Shown here piece after piece: positions 1 through 12,662 of a DNA stretch of 64,000 nucleotides. The notes beneath the pieces are model-generated. The model did no database searches. It was not told the DNA's origin and was given only the letters and a program-made list of their open reading frames with translations. Source of the DNA: Convolutriloba macropyga (Eukaryota). The translations under genes were made by a program, and so were the position numbers. Within the stretch, counting starts at the first letter, position 1, and each line of letters opens with the position of its first letter. The stretch spans positions 2,046,001-2,110,000 of the forward strand of contig NC_134482.1 in NCBI RefSeq assembly GCF_964194025.1. Reading direction: 5' to 3'.

Positions 1-560
1 GCAAAATGTTGAAAAGGCGGCAAAATGAGGTAAAGCGAAACATTTTTTTATTCGACGAAGTAAAAAACATAGCAGGACAAGTCCTGACGTACAATTCAAA
101 GCATTTTCATTGACTAAACAGAAAACTAGACCTAGAACGGACTATGAATGGATTGGAAAAACCATTCAGAAAAAAATCCGATCCAAAAAAAACGAAAAAA
201 CAGTAAAAATCGAAGTCAAATTGCCGCATGTGAACAAAAAACCACTAGCGAGAAAGCAAATTTTTGTTCAAACACCATTTTCTCACTCTACTTTAAATTT
301 GGAACGAAAAAAATTCACGCCGCAAAACCACTCGCTTTTTCGCTCCACTTCCTGTTTCGGCGTGACCAAAATCACTACTCCAATTTGACTTCAAAAATCA
401 TGAAAATGTGTGAACAGATCTTAAAAAAAAGACAGCACCCCAATACAATTCAAATTCTTTGAATTTTAAAAATAGGAGCGCTATAATAGCCGGCTGAGAT
501 GATGAGGGCGGCTATTAAAAAACTCAATTAATTGGCATCTTCCCGATTTTCTTGCCAGAA
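1..560. repeat. Dispersed non-coding repeat family copy
   Basis: 60-460 is closely repeated at 2372-2925; 1-110 recurs diverged at ~48400-48510 and ~53875-53950; 400-530 recurs at ~49850-49990 and ~52610-52810. Confidence 0.8.
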
Positions 561-599
561 GTTAATTAGGAGGCATAACTGAAAAACATTGATATACCA

Positions 600-1060
600 A
601 TCAATTCGTCCATTTCCATCTGTTGTACGAGCTCTTTGTATCTTTATCAGTTAGTAGTAGGAGTGTCAGAGAAAAACAAAATGAGCAGAAATGCTAAAGA
701 TCTTTTTACAGGTCAAAAAGTCATCAACAAAATCCTGCAAAAGAGCAACAGGATTAAAAAAATGAATTTGCCAAGTCAAAAGGTTCAGTTTAAATCGAGC
801 CTTCAAGAACTTCTCAATTGCAGACGTAAACTCGATTGCAGTCGCATCAGGTGGTTCGGGGCACGTATGGAGCAATTTAAAAAGTGTTCCTCTGTCTTTC
901 ATTTAATGTTTTTAAAATATTCGAATGGTGCAAACTATTGAGTTCGTGATATGGAGCGAACAAACGTTAAATCAGAGATTGAAATAAAAAAACCCATGAC
1001 TAATTTCCACAGGAGTAGCACATCCCTTTCGTCAAAAAATAATCGGAAAAAGGTCAAGAA
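600..1060 (+). pseudogene. Highly decayed BEL/Pao-like integrase fragment
   Basis: Broken frames give VRALCIFIS...GVSEKNKMSRNAK, SRIRWF, GHVWSNLKSV and EIEIKKPMT, in the order of the BEL integrase motifs ALRRFIARRG..SDN / IxW.F / GGxWERLI.SVK / EIEAxLNSRPLT. Confidence 0.45.
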
Positions 1061-1322
1061 ATTTCAAAACTTCAACATAATTCTTTTGATTTCAGAGTAA
1101 ACCATAATCCATTCGAGAGAGTTGAAACTTTTCGCCTCTTCTCACGCAGCAATTTTGTGATACCATGCTGATGAGTCCTCCTCTAAATTAAAACACACGC
1201 GTGCACATTTTAAAATGCCGAAAGTCTGCAGTGCCAGAAGTTCAAATGCCAGAAGTTCCTACTTACCCAGAAGTTGACTTCCGTTGACTTTCGCCGTGTG
1301 CGCGTTCCGTGTTTTAAGCATG

Positions 1323-1423
1323 GTTACGTGACTCACTTCGAAAATCTGACTTAACATATCGAACCGCTTCGCGGTTCTCGCTAAACGCCAGAAGTTCTGT
1401 GACTTCAAGAAGAGTCACGTAAC
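1323..1423. mobile_element. Small MITE-like inverted-repeat element
   Basis: gttacgtgactc at 1323 and its exact reverse complement gagtcacgtaac ending 1423, extending imperfectly to ~20 bp; gccagaagtt motifs inside and nearby. Confidence 0.45.
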
Positions 1424-1984
1424 TATTACTTAAGGATAACATATGACAGCTTTTTTCTGGATAGAGTAACTGCTGATGCCAACAATCTGATCCCAACACA
1501 AAGAATGGATTACAGCGAGGCCCAGATCTACAAATGAATCCCCAGGTTTCAGGCACGATCCATTTAATTGAGTTCAGCAATATTCTTGCTTTCACTAAAT
1601 GACAAAGTTTTGCAATTGTTCGTATGACAATCCGATTCGTTTAAAATTGACCAAGATAAGAAAGGAAGAACTTGCTTTCACATCAATTATTCTTTGTTCA
1701 CATTTATTCTTTTTTGAAAACAATTTTGAAAAAAAATATTTTGAGAAAGAAAGAAAGATAAGCGGGCAAATTAAGTGTGATTAATGTCGATCGATTAATC
1801 AGAAAACAAATCGACGTTACAACAAGGAAACTAGTCTAGATGTTTTGCACCGTTTGTGACATCAAAACAGGAAAGAGAAAGACGTTGACCCAGAAATCTG
1901 CTTTTAGGAACTCCTGTCATAGCTAATTCACGTGCGAAAATTCCGACAGCATATTTTCAACCGATAACGTGGGACTGAAATAAT

Positions 1985-3120
1985 TTTAAAACATAGCTGG
2001 CAGATTGCCAGAAAATAGCCGTAATAGCTTTGTAGATCTGTAGTCTCAAAAGATAGTAAAAGAAACAGACCAAAAAAATTATTTTTATTAAATGCTGAGA
2101 TGATAATTTTAAGAATGACACACACTCACTTGACCTCTCTTTGAATTAACGTGAGGAAAAGTCAATTTTATTAGAGTCAGGAAGTCATTTTTGAGAAAGA
2201 GGTACACGTGTGACCAAAATCTTCTGCACGCGAATGAACAAAAAACTCACTCTAATGTGAAAGATGACGTCACGCATGCACTTCATTTGAAATTGCATGA
2301 ACGAATGAACAAAAAGCAGATTTGAAGTGAATGTGACGTCATGTGGTTGTAACAAAAATCTTGACGACAAATAAAAAACATAGCAGGACTAGTCCTGACG
2401 TAAAATTTAAAGAATTTTCATTGACTACACAAAAAAAACTAGACCTAGAACGGACTATGAGTGAATTGGAAAAACAACTTCGAAAAATTCAGATTTAAAA
2501 AATTTTAAAAAAACCTAAGAAAATCTATGTCAAAATGCCACACGTGAACAAAAACCACTAGCGAGAAATGAAAATTTGGTTCATACAAAAAGCTAGGCGT
2601 ATAATAAACTAAGAATGGATAGGGAAAACCATTCAGAAAAACAATCCGATCCAAAAAATTGAAAAAACCGTAAAATCGAAGTGAAATTGCCGCATGTGAA
2701 CAAAAAACCACTAGCGAGAAAGCGAATTTTTGTTCAAACACCGTTTTCTCCTTCTACTTTAAAATTAGAGCGAATAAATTGCACGTCGCAAAACCACTCG
2801 CTTTTTCGCTCCATTTCCTGTTTCGGCGTGACCAAAATCACTACTCCAATTTGACTTCAAAAATCATGAAAATGTGTCAACAGATCTTAGAAAAAAAAGA
2901 CAGCGCCCCAATACAATTCAAATTTGGGTCTTTCCCATTATAGCCCCCCAATATGGTATAATTACCATAATTGGGGGGTATAGGTTATCTGACCACTAAG
3001 CTGGGGGGCTATAATGGGAAAGACCCTCAAATTCTATGAATTGTACAAACCAAGAGAAGGCCAATAATAGCCTCAGCTATCGCTTCGCAGCTATTAAAAA
3101 CTGTAATCAAAGACAAAGCA
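1985..3120. repeat. Dispersed repeat family copy (composite), interrupted by a MITE
   Basis: 1985-2110 resembles ~47990-48110 and ~53455-53580; 2160-2290 resembles ~30600-30735; 2372-2925 resembles 60-460 with an internal subunit duplication. Confidence 0.75.
2926..3026. mobile_element. 101-bp MITE with GGGTCTTTCCCATTATAGCCCCCC TIRs and 8-bp TSD
   Basis: Perfect ~24-bp terminal inverted repeat; flanks tcaaattt / tcaaattc; empty site visible in the paralogous repeat at ~443-460 (caattcaaattc); second copy at 44562. Confidence 0.9.
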
Positions 3121-3274
3121 GGACTGTTCTTGCAATAGTAATCCATGCAAGACTGAGTAAAAAGCCCCTCATCAAAATAAATTAGGAAACTTTCCTCAAG
3201 TGGAAAGTCACAAAATTTGTCCAGATCCAATTAACAAGTCAAGTGATGGTGCTATGTCACTAAGTGACGGTGCT

Positions 3275-3319
3275 AGTTAAGTATGAAGAACCAAAGAATT
3301 TGGTTCTTCATACTTAACT
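3275..3319. repeat. Perfect 21-bp palindrome with 3-nt loop
   Basis: agttaagtatgaagaaccaaa-gaa-tttggttcttcatacttaact. Confidence 0.95.
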
Positions 3320-3324
3320 TTTTA

Positions 3325-3440
3325 TGAGAGCCGCGAGTAAATCTTGTCAAACAATACACGCTCAAACTCAAGGAAGCTTTTGGCCGGATGCTACCCGGTG
3401 TAAAGTTTGTCACATCGGAGTTCGAGGCGCCGAGTTTTGT
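3325..3440 (-). pseudogene. Short LINE RT fragment in the EXOSC2 intron
   Basis: Minus translation DVTNFTPGSIRPKASL..FERVLFDKIYS resembles the RT NYRPISxLxxxSKxFER motif. Confidence 0.5.
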
Positions 3441-3461
3441 GCAGTGGAATAACTGACTAAC

Positions 3462-3549
3462 CTGTCGCGCGTAAATGTCAACTTTCCACCTCTTCTGCGA
3501 TACGTCGCTTATTCTCCCAACAACAACATCTCCAACCTCTCCATTATAC
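3462..3549 (-). CDS. EXOSC2: Exosome complex component RRP4, internal exon (start of S1 domain)
   Basis: (R)YNGEVGDVVVGRISDVSQKRWKVDIYARQ matches the RRP4 RYxGEVGDxVVGRIxEVxQKRWKV motif; acceptor tttgtag| and donor |gttagt; in frame with the upstream exon across a 74-nt GT-AG intron (3550-3623). Later exons not found in this window. Confidence 0.92.
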
Positions 3550-3623
3550 CTACAAAAAGTAACTATAGCTCATGTTGTGTAAAATGTGAAATAAAGGGTG
3601 GGTATTAAGCGATTCTGACTCAC

Positions 3624-3814
3624 CTAGAGCACTTAAAAGGCCGTACGGTAACTAATTTGTTGATCCGCTCAACGTATCCGGTAACTGTGGCTTGAAGCAA
3701 GTCATCGATCTGATACGTTCCATGCCCCTTGATGAATCCGGCATTCTGTGTTATCACCGCACCAGGTGAAACAAATGAGGTTTCACTAACTTCATCATTA
3801 CGTTCAATCTGCAT
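3624..3814 (-). CDS. EXOSC2: Exosome complex component RRP4, N-terminal coding exon
   Basis: MQIERNDEVSETSFVSPGAVITQNAGFIKGHGTYQIDDLLQATVTGYVERINKLVTVRPFKCS matches the RRP4 N-terminal VxPG..GFMRGHGTY..VERVNKL motif; ends at AG|gtgagt; ATG directly follows tttttcag. Confidence 0.92.
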
Positions 3815-3855
3815 CTGAAAAATGGGAAGTTTGCTATACTGTAAGCAGTCCGTGG

Positions 3856-6800
3856 GAAGTGAGAAAGCTTCTCGCAAAAGGACGGAAGCTGGTCGATTAT
3901 GATTTTCCTGTCTTCCTGTCAAGAGCTCTGAACCAAGAAATCCAAGTCGAGAAATCAATGCTACTCAAAAGGCGTGCCATAATAGCCTGTGGAGCTTCGA
4001 AACTAGACATCCGTATTAAAAACCAACAGCTATACTTTAAGGGTCAAAAAGTAAAGGACCTGATTTTAACGAGCAAAGAAAATGCTTTGAAACTGCCGCG
4101 TAATCAAAATTGACTACAAAATTCTCTTAGTTGCTTAGTTTTCAATACAAGAAGCCTCCTAAATTTTAGATCGTCGAAGAAAGTTTGCTGTCGCCGCTGA
4201 AACCTCTGCATATGACGTCATCGCTTTAACTGAAACTTGGTTGACAGCTGACATCAGCGATAGTGAACTTTTCCTGCAAAATTAACAGCTTTACAGAAGC
4301 GAAAGAAATGCAAATCTGAAGAGCAAACATGGAGGTGTAATGATTGGCGTGCGGAACAACATTACTTCTTTCCCAATTGATGTTTAGAATCTGAATGACA
4401 AACTAACGTCTGCGTTTGAAGGTTCGCTCATAACTGTTAATGACGAAAAGGTACTAATTTTGTGTTTGTATAACCCTCCTAGTAACAGCAAATACCGAGT
4501 CACAATTGACGAATTCAACTCTTTCTTCTGCTTTCTAGACAACGATGAGTGGAGAGAGATAAAGGTCATAGTAGTAGGAGATTTTAATCTTCCTTCTGTC
4601 AATTGGAAAACACTAGAGTCAGCCGACTTATATGAGAAACAGTTGGTCGATCTATTTGATTGCCAAAATTTTATTCCCTTGGTTTTCTTTCCCACTTGTG
4701 GTAAAAACATACTCGATCAAATTTTCGTTGATGATGACAGCATAGTTATCGACGTCAATTGCGACGACAAAACTTATAGTTTATCTGATCACATACCTAT
4801 ATTAGATCTTGACCTGAGTCCTGCTAAGAACGAGAAAACCGAATTGCACAAAATTTTGAGCTTCTGTAATTGCGATTACGTTGGTCTGAAGAAAAATCTA
4901 AGTCTTAACCACTTTAATCCTATTTGTTATAGCAACTGCGATCGGATGCTCAGCGAGTGGTATCATTGGTTATTCGAGGTGATCACAAAATTCACACCAA
5001 GACGGAGTAAGCATAGATCAAATTTGCCACCCTGGATCACGCCTGCGACATCACATCTAAAGAAAAAGCTTAACACGCTACAGAGAAAACAGAATTCACT
5101 AGCCAACAAGGATTCGTTGAGACTCAAGATAGAAACGTCGGGAAACAGTCTAGCAGAAGCCGTAGACCTAGACCAGAAAATTACGAATCAAAGCTTTTCA
5201 ACTCACGAAATTCTCAAGCCATGTATAAGTATTTTAAAAGCTTACGAAAACGACCGTCCGTTCCGCCACAGGTTAAATGGAACAAAGACGTAGCAAACTG
5301 TGATGCTGAAAGAGCCTCTCTGTTAAATAAATACTTCTGTTCAGTTTTCACCGTGTCATCGGTCTTCAAAAACAGTTTGAATGAAAATAGAATTTTGAAC
5401 AATTTTACTGTGACGGAAGAAGCAATAGTTGAATTTCTTGGGTCATTAGACGTATCAAAGTCATGTGGGCCTGATAACCTGCCTGCAGTTGTCCTCAGGA
5501 ACTGCACAAAAGAACTTACGAAATCCATCTTTAAGTTGTTCAGAAGTTTTAGGCGCCTTGAAACCTATCCTAGTGCATGAAAAATAGGAGGAGCAGTTAG
5601 CCCAATTTTCATGAAAAAAAGATCTAAAGCAGATGTGGTAAATTATCGTCCTGCGACACTATTATGCATTGTCTCGAAAGTTCTAGAAAGATTGTTGTAT
5701 GGCTCAATTGTCAATTTTTTCAAAGGACTCATAACTGACCCACAGTACGGTTTTCGTGAAAGAAGATCAGTTATTCGTCAAATGATAACCTGCTTAGATA
5801 AGATATACAAATTCTGTTCTGCGAAAATTGAGAAAATAGCTCACTTCTCTTTGACTTTTCCAAAGCTTTCGACCAAATTGATCATGGAATACTCTTACGC
5901 AAGATCAATTGCATTGGAATAGGTGGCAAGCTGTCCGAGATTTTAAAGAGTTACCTGAGCGACAGACTGCAATACGTGAAAAATGGAAATCTAAAATCCA
6001 AGAATTCGCCGGTCACCTCGGTTGTACCTCAGGGCTCAATACTTGGGCCCCTACTTTTTCTTATTTTCATTAATGACTTACCTGAAACTGTTTCCAACTC
6101 CAAAGTCTTTCTTTTTGCTGACGATCTCAAATTATTGTATAATGAAAATCTCGGAGACGCACACGGAATCAAACAGGATCTAGATTCAATATTGCGTTGG
6201 AGTTACGAAAATAACATCAGCTTCAATTTATCGAAATGTCAGTACATAAACTTCAATATCAAGTCAAGATTAAGTCCGGTTTTGGGTCAATGGTCGCTGG
6301 AACAATCGAGAACTGTGGAGGACCTTGGTATCACTATGAACAGCCTCACTTGGAAGGAACATGTAGAATTGCGGACTCGGAAAGCCAACAAATTCTTCCA
6401 CCGAATTAAAAGAAAGACATCATATCTCCTGACGGTTACGGCAAAACTAAATCTTTATAAGAGTACGCTTATTCCAATCCTAATATATGGATCTAACTGT
6501 TACATGCCTTCAAAATCTGACATTCGACTCTTTGAAAAAACTCAAGAAAAAGTTTCGGAATGGATCCTACCGAACCTTAATTATTGCGAACGACTGAGAT
6601 CCCTGAACTTATTACCTCTCAACTATTACATCGTGCTAACAGATCTTCTCTTGCTATCGAAATTGGTGAACAATTATTATGCGTTCAACATCAGCGAGCA
6701 TAATAATATTGTGCAAAGACGGTCAAGTTTTTGGTTTGTGTGACCTGAAATCAAAAAAGGATTTCAGCGGTCAAATTTCTTCTATCGAACCACATATAGA

Positions 6801-7060
6801 GCAAATATCATTGATTCAAATGTTAAATTCTTTCAACCAGTCGGAAATAAAAAATCGAATCTTAAACTTGATGTGTAAGTACTTCAATATTTATTTCAGC
6901 ATCGAAAATTCGTGTTCCATGACATTTATCTGTCTCTGCGAAAAATGTCGGTCCTCAAACAAAATAAACTTAACAAATTTAAACTAGTATGACTCATCTA
7001 TTTATATAAATTTTGCGGGAGCAGTCCCTCACGTTTGTGGAAGCCATAATAATAATAATA
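3856..7060 (+). mobile_element. CR1/L2-group LINE, 5'-truncated in ORF1, disrupted ORF2 (copy 1)
   Basis: ORF1 tail 3859-4113; APE endonuclease motifs (IALTETWL, YNPP, VGDFN, SDH); RT motifs (NYRP, QYGFR, PQGSILGP, LFADD); C-terminal CxCxxC; 3' GGGA-GCAG-TCCC hairpin and (AAT)n tail; frameshifts and stops. Confidence 0.93.
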
Positions 7061-7357
7061 CTTAACACTTATATCCTTACAAATTCAATATTAATTCTAG
7101 GTGCTCTTACTTTATCTTTTGCACATGTTCAAGCTGTAAAGATTTAGTGAGTTTATGCTAACTTTTACCATTATTGGTACTCCGGTATTGGAGAATTAAG
7201 TCTTTTCTCTTTCTCTCTCTACAGAAGGGTTCTAATTGATTCTATTCCTCAAATTTTTTTCAAAACCTTATTCAGAAAAGAATAAATGCAAACAAAGAAA
7301 AATTGATGTGCAGAAAGCAACATTTTGTCCGATTATCTTTGCTTGCACCACTGCAGC

Positions 7358-9599
7358 GTGTGTGTGTTAATCGGGGTCCGCTCTCCCGATCCAGGTGTTC
7401 CAAAGATTAAGCGCTATATTTGGGTTTTTCGAGGTATCACTCCAGTCAGGTTGTTTTTGTCTGACGTCGTCTGGGACAGGGCAGTTTAGCATGATGTGTT
7501 CAAACGTTTCTGGCCCTTCTTCACATCCTCTGCACTGCTCTGTCTCGCATTTTCCCGTCTTTTGTCTCCAGTATCGTAGCTCCGGATGACGGCTAAAACG
7601 CAGCCTACTGATTTTCAATTGTTGCTTTCGGCTCAGGTTGTCATCCATGCCCCTTCTTATAGGTGCCTCTTCCCTCAGATGCCTGTAGATGGTTATCTTA
7701 GCAGTGTCATGGGGGTTTCCGGCAGTCTGTTCCAAATTACTCCCCAGTTCTGCTAGTTTATCAGCTTTTTCGTTTCCGTCTATCCTCACATGACTTGGGT
7801 ATAAGATCAGGAGCGGGGTTATCCTTCTACCGTTGTATTCATTGATGAGTGATATTACGTGTTCTTCCAGGTGGCTCTTGGGGAATTTTTTTGTGGAAGA
7901 GTTGTTCCATTCGATTAACCACAGTGAGCGAAACAGTTCTGACTCTGAGCTATTTCAGTGGGTATTTCTCTAAGCAGGTCTTTAGAGCTATGTTCAGGTC
8001 TACTAACTCGGCCTGAAACGCTGTACGCTGTTACTCCAAGTGGCTTTGAGTAAAAGATCTTGACGAGGGTTTGGCGCCTCCGGACATCTGTAGCTTTACT
8101 CCGCCAGTTTTTCTTAGCGGTCCGCTGTTGTACTTGCTTTTCGGCTATGTCCCTTCTGGGGTTTGTACTTTTTAGCCGAAGCGATTTGTCGAATGCAATT
8201 GCGCTTGTTGAGTGGCGGTACGTTGAATGGTACTGAGCTCTGCTTCGTTCAGTACTTCCTGGACAAAGGTTGTCTTCAGCTGCCCCGTGTTGGCTCGAGC
8301 TGCAAATCTATGGCTCTTTTCAGGCTCTTCAATGCTTGTTTTTGATATCCACGGTTGCCAGGCCAGTCCAGAGTACTGAATTACCGTTCTCCTTTTTGCG
8401 ATGTAGGTGCCGTGCAGCGTGGACTTGTCGTAGCCCCAGTCAGGACCGCGATGATGGTGAGAACTCTGCTTCGATTGATCACTTTCTTCCTAACAACCCT
8501 GATATGAGTTGAATTTTAGTTGACCGTCACATGTAACGCCCAGGAATTTCGGATTCTCTGTTTGTTTCACTCTCGTTCCGCCAATGCACAAGTTCAGTTC
8601 CTGTTTGCTTTCTTTAGTGTTGGTAAAAAAAGAAGCTGCTTTTACATTTCTCTTTCTTGATGCAGAGTTTTCCTTTGAGGCTACGTTGATTAACATGGTC
8701 AAGTGTTTGCTGCACTTTCTGGCTGGCAACTCCGATGTCTCCGTTTCGGGCATAGACAGCAATATCATCGGCGAAGAGGCTCTTGGGTGCGTCTTCTAAT
8801 CCTTTTTTGATGTCGTCTCTGTAGATCAAGAAAAAGATGGGGCTGATAACTGATCCTCGGGGAACTCCCTGTTTGAAAGTCTTTGTCTTACTTCGGCTGT
8901 TCCCGAACTGGACATAAACGAGGCGGTTGCCGACCAGTTTTTGATCCACCGCAACATCTGCCAACTGAAGCTTTTTTGGTCAATTCCCACAGCAGCGCAC
9001 CTCTCCATACGGTGTTGTATGCTATGCTGTCGTCAATCAACGGAAGAACCGTCCACTTTATGAGTTTTTACTGGAAGCCATCACTAATCTGCTGTGAGAG
9101 TCATATCAGCTGGTCGTCTGCCAATCTCCAATCCCGAAAGCTTGCTTGATCTTCGCACTGTAGATTAGTGGTCTCTAGGTGATGCTTCATTCTTTCACAG
9201 ATCATTCGCTCCATGACTTGGCCAATAATCGACGTTAAATTAATGAGCCTACACGACTCTAGATTCCCTAAAGTCATGTTTTCTTTGGGATGGGTCGTAT
9301 ATCCGCTGTTCGCCACACTTGGGGGGCTATACTTTGGTTTCACACTGTGTTGAAGAGGCCCAGCAGTGTTTTTTCTGCTACTGGTCCCAGTTCTTTAATC
9401 ATTTTCGGATGCATGTGGTTGGGCCCGGAAGCTTTGTTTGGCTTCAACTCTGACAATGCTGCTTCCATTTCTTTCATTTGACGCTTTTTAATTTGCCGTT
9501 TTTGTCTTCAGAAAATCATTTGTTGTTCATTTGGGCCATCTGTCCTCCTTCCGTAGCGTCAGGATGCTGACTAACTTGTATTAGCTGGTAAAGGCGTTT

Positions 9600-9640
<41 letters not shown>

Positions 9641-9808
9641 CTGTCTCACAGATACTTTCATTGTGTAGAGGGGTTTTTCCTTTGCTGAAAATCCGAGTGC
9701 CATTTTGGATGTTGCGCACCATGTTCCATATCTCTGTTGCGTTTTTTGTCTCCTCGACTTTCCTCCTTCAAATGTTCCGCCTATACACTGTCATGTCATC
9801 AGAGTTTT
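7358..9808 (-). mobile_element. I/Ingi-group LINE with RNase H, decayed (copy 1, 5' part cut at the duplication junction)
   Basis: RT (GVPRGSVISP, LFADD, KFLGV), RNase H tail (HVRIDGNEKADKLA), zinc knuckle CRGC..ETFEHIMLNCP; stop codon followed by (CA)n. Confidence 0.88.
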
Positions 9809-9811
9809 AAC

Positions 9812-12662
9812 TGACGTCATCGCTTTAACTGAAACTTGGTTGACAGCTGACATCAGCGATAGTGAACTTTTCCTGCAAAATTAACAGCTTTACAGAAGCC
9901 AAAGAAATGGAAATCTGAAGAGCAAACATGGAGGTGTAATTATTAGCGTGCGGAACAACATTACTTCTTTCCCAATTGATGTTTAGAATCTGAATGACAA
10001 ACTAACGTCTGCGTTTGAAGGTTCGCTCATAACTGTTAATGACGAAAAGGTACTAATTTTGTGTTTGTATAACCCTCCTAGTAACAGCAAATACCGAGTC
10101 ACAATTGACGAATTCAACTCTTTCTTCTGCTTTCTAGACAACGATGAGTGGAGAGAGATAAAGGTCATAGTAGTAGGAGATTTTAATCTTCCTTCTGTCA
10201 ATTGGAAAACACTAGAGTCAGCCGACTTATATGAGAAACAGTTGGTCGATCTATTTGATTGCCAAAATTTTATTCCCTTGGTTTTCTTTCCCACTTGTGG
10301 TAAAAACATACTCGATCAAATTTTCGTTGATGATGACAGCATAGTTATCGACGTCAATTGCGACGACAAAACTTATAGTTTATCTGATCACATACCTATA
10401 TTAGATCTTGACCTGAGTCCTGCTAAGAACGAGAAAACCGAATTGCACAAAATTTTGAGCTTCTGTAATTGCGATTACGTTGGTCTGAAGAAAAATCTAA
10501 GTCTTAACCACTTTAATCCTATTTGTTATAGCAACTGCGATCGGATGCTCAGCGAGTGGTATCATTGGTTATTCGAGGTGATCACAAAATTCACACCAAG
10601 ACGGAGTAAGCATAGATCAAATTTGCCACCCTGGATCACGCCTGCGACATCACATCTAAAGAAAAAGCTTAACACGCTACAGAGAAAACAGAATTCACTA
10701 GCCAACAAGGATTCGTTGAGACTCAAGATAGAAACGTCGGGAAACAGTCTAGCAGAAGCCGTAGACCTAGACCAGAAAATTACGAATCAAAGCTTTTCAA
10801 CTCACGAAATTCTCAAGCCATGTATAAGTATTTTAAAAGCTTACGAAAACGACCGTCCGTTCCGCCACAGGTTAAATGGAACAAAGACGTAGCAAACTGT
10901 GATGCTGAAAGAGCCTCTCTGTTAAATAAATACTTCTGTTCAGTTTTCACCGTGTCATCGGTCTTCAAAAACAGTTTGAATGAAAATAGAATTTTGAACA
11001 ATTTTACTGTGACGGAAGAAGCAATAGTTGAATTTCTTGGGTCATTAGACGTATCAAAGTCATGTGGGCCTGATAACCTGCCTGCAGTTGTCCTCAGGAA
11101 CTGCACAAAAGAACTTACGAAATCCATCTTTAAGTTGTTCAGAAGTTTTAGGCGCCTTGAAACCTATCCTAGTGCATGAAAAATAGGAGGAGCAGTTAGC
11201 CCAAATTTCATGAAAAAAAGATCTAAAGCAGATGTGGTAAATTATCGTCCTGCGACACTATTATGCATTGTCTCGAAAGTTCTAGAAAGATTGTTGTATG
11301 GCTCAATTGTCAATTTTTTCAAAGGACTCATAACTGACCCACAGTACGGTTTTCGTGAAAGAAGATCAGCTATTCGTCAAATGATAACCTGCTTAGATAA
11401 GATATACAAATTCTGTTCTGCGAAAATTGAGAAAATAGCTCACTTCTCTTTGACTTTTCCAAAGCTTTCGACCAAATTGATCATGGAATACTCTTACGCA
11501 AGATCAATTGCATTGGAATAGGTGGCAAGCTGTCCGAGATTTTAAAGAGTTACCTGAGCGACAGACTGCAATACGTGAAAAATGGAAATCTAAAATCCAA
11601 GAATTCGCCGGTCACCTCGGTTGTACATCAGGGCTCAATACTTGGGCCCCTACTTTTTCTTATTTTCATTAATGACTTACCTGAAACTGTTTCCAACTCC
11701 AAAGTCTTTCTTTTTGCTGACGATCTCAAATTATTGTATAATGAAAATCTCGGAGACGCACACGGAATCAAACAGGATCTAGATTCAATATTGCGTTGGA
11801 GTTACGAAAATAACATCAGCTTCAATTTATCGAAATGTCAGTACATAAACTTCAATATCAAGTCAAGATTAAGTCCGGTTTTGGGTCAATGGTCGCTGGA
11901 ACAATCGAGAACTGTGGAGGACCTTGGTATCACTATGAACGACAGCCTCACTTGGAAGGAACATGTAGAATTGCGGACTCGGAAAGCCAACAAATTCTTC
12001 CACCGAATTAAAAGAAACACATCATATCTCCTGACGGATACGGCAAAACTAAATCTTTATAAGAGTACGCTTATTCCAATCCTAATATATGGATCTAACT
12101 GTTACATGCCTTCAAAATCTGACATTCGACTCTTTGAAAAAACTCAAGAAAAAGTTTCGGAATGGATCCTACCGAACCTTAATTATTGCGAACGACTGAG
12201 ATCCCTGAACTTATTACCTCTCAACTATTACATCGTGCTAACAGATCTTCTCTTGCTATCGAAATTGGTGAACAATTATTATGCGTTCAACATCAGCGAG
12301 CATAATAATATTGTGCAAAGACGGTCAAGTTTTTGGTTTGTGTGACCTGAAATCAAAAAAGGATTTCAGCGGTCAAATTTCTTCTATCGAACCACATATA
12401 GAGCAAATATCATTGATTCAAATGTTAAATTCTTTCAACCAGTCGGAAATAAAAAATCGAATCTTAAACTTGATGTGTAAGTACTTCAATATTTATTTCA
12501 GCATCGAAAATTCGTGTTCCATGACATTTATCTGTCTCTGCGAAAAATGTCGGTCCTCAAACAAAATAAACTTAACAAATTTAAACTAGTATGACTCATC
12601 TATTTATATAAATTTTGCGGGAGCAGTCCCTCACGTTTGTGGAAGCCATAATAATAATAATA
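9812..12662 (+). mobile_element. CR1/L2-group LINE ORF2 (copy 2, starts inside the endonuclease)
   Basis: Near-identical to 4213-7060, same frameshifts, same (AAT)n tail. Confidence 0.93.

Noticed and set aside
1165-1200. Hammerhead-like ctgatgagtcc core
   Set aside because: No complementary ggac-gaaa to close stem II
3620-3958. Whole 112-aa ORF as the RRP4 protein
   Set aside because: The first ~48 codons are antisense LINE ORF1 and intron; the stop lies in the splice donor (gtgagt)
4460-6743. Bacterial RT system (retron, DGR, group II intron)
   Set aside because: APE endonuclease + RT + simple-repeat tail is a eukaryotic LINE; a spliceosomal intron lies next to it
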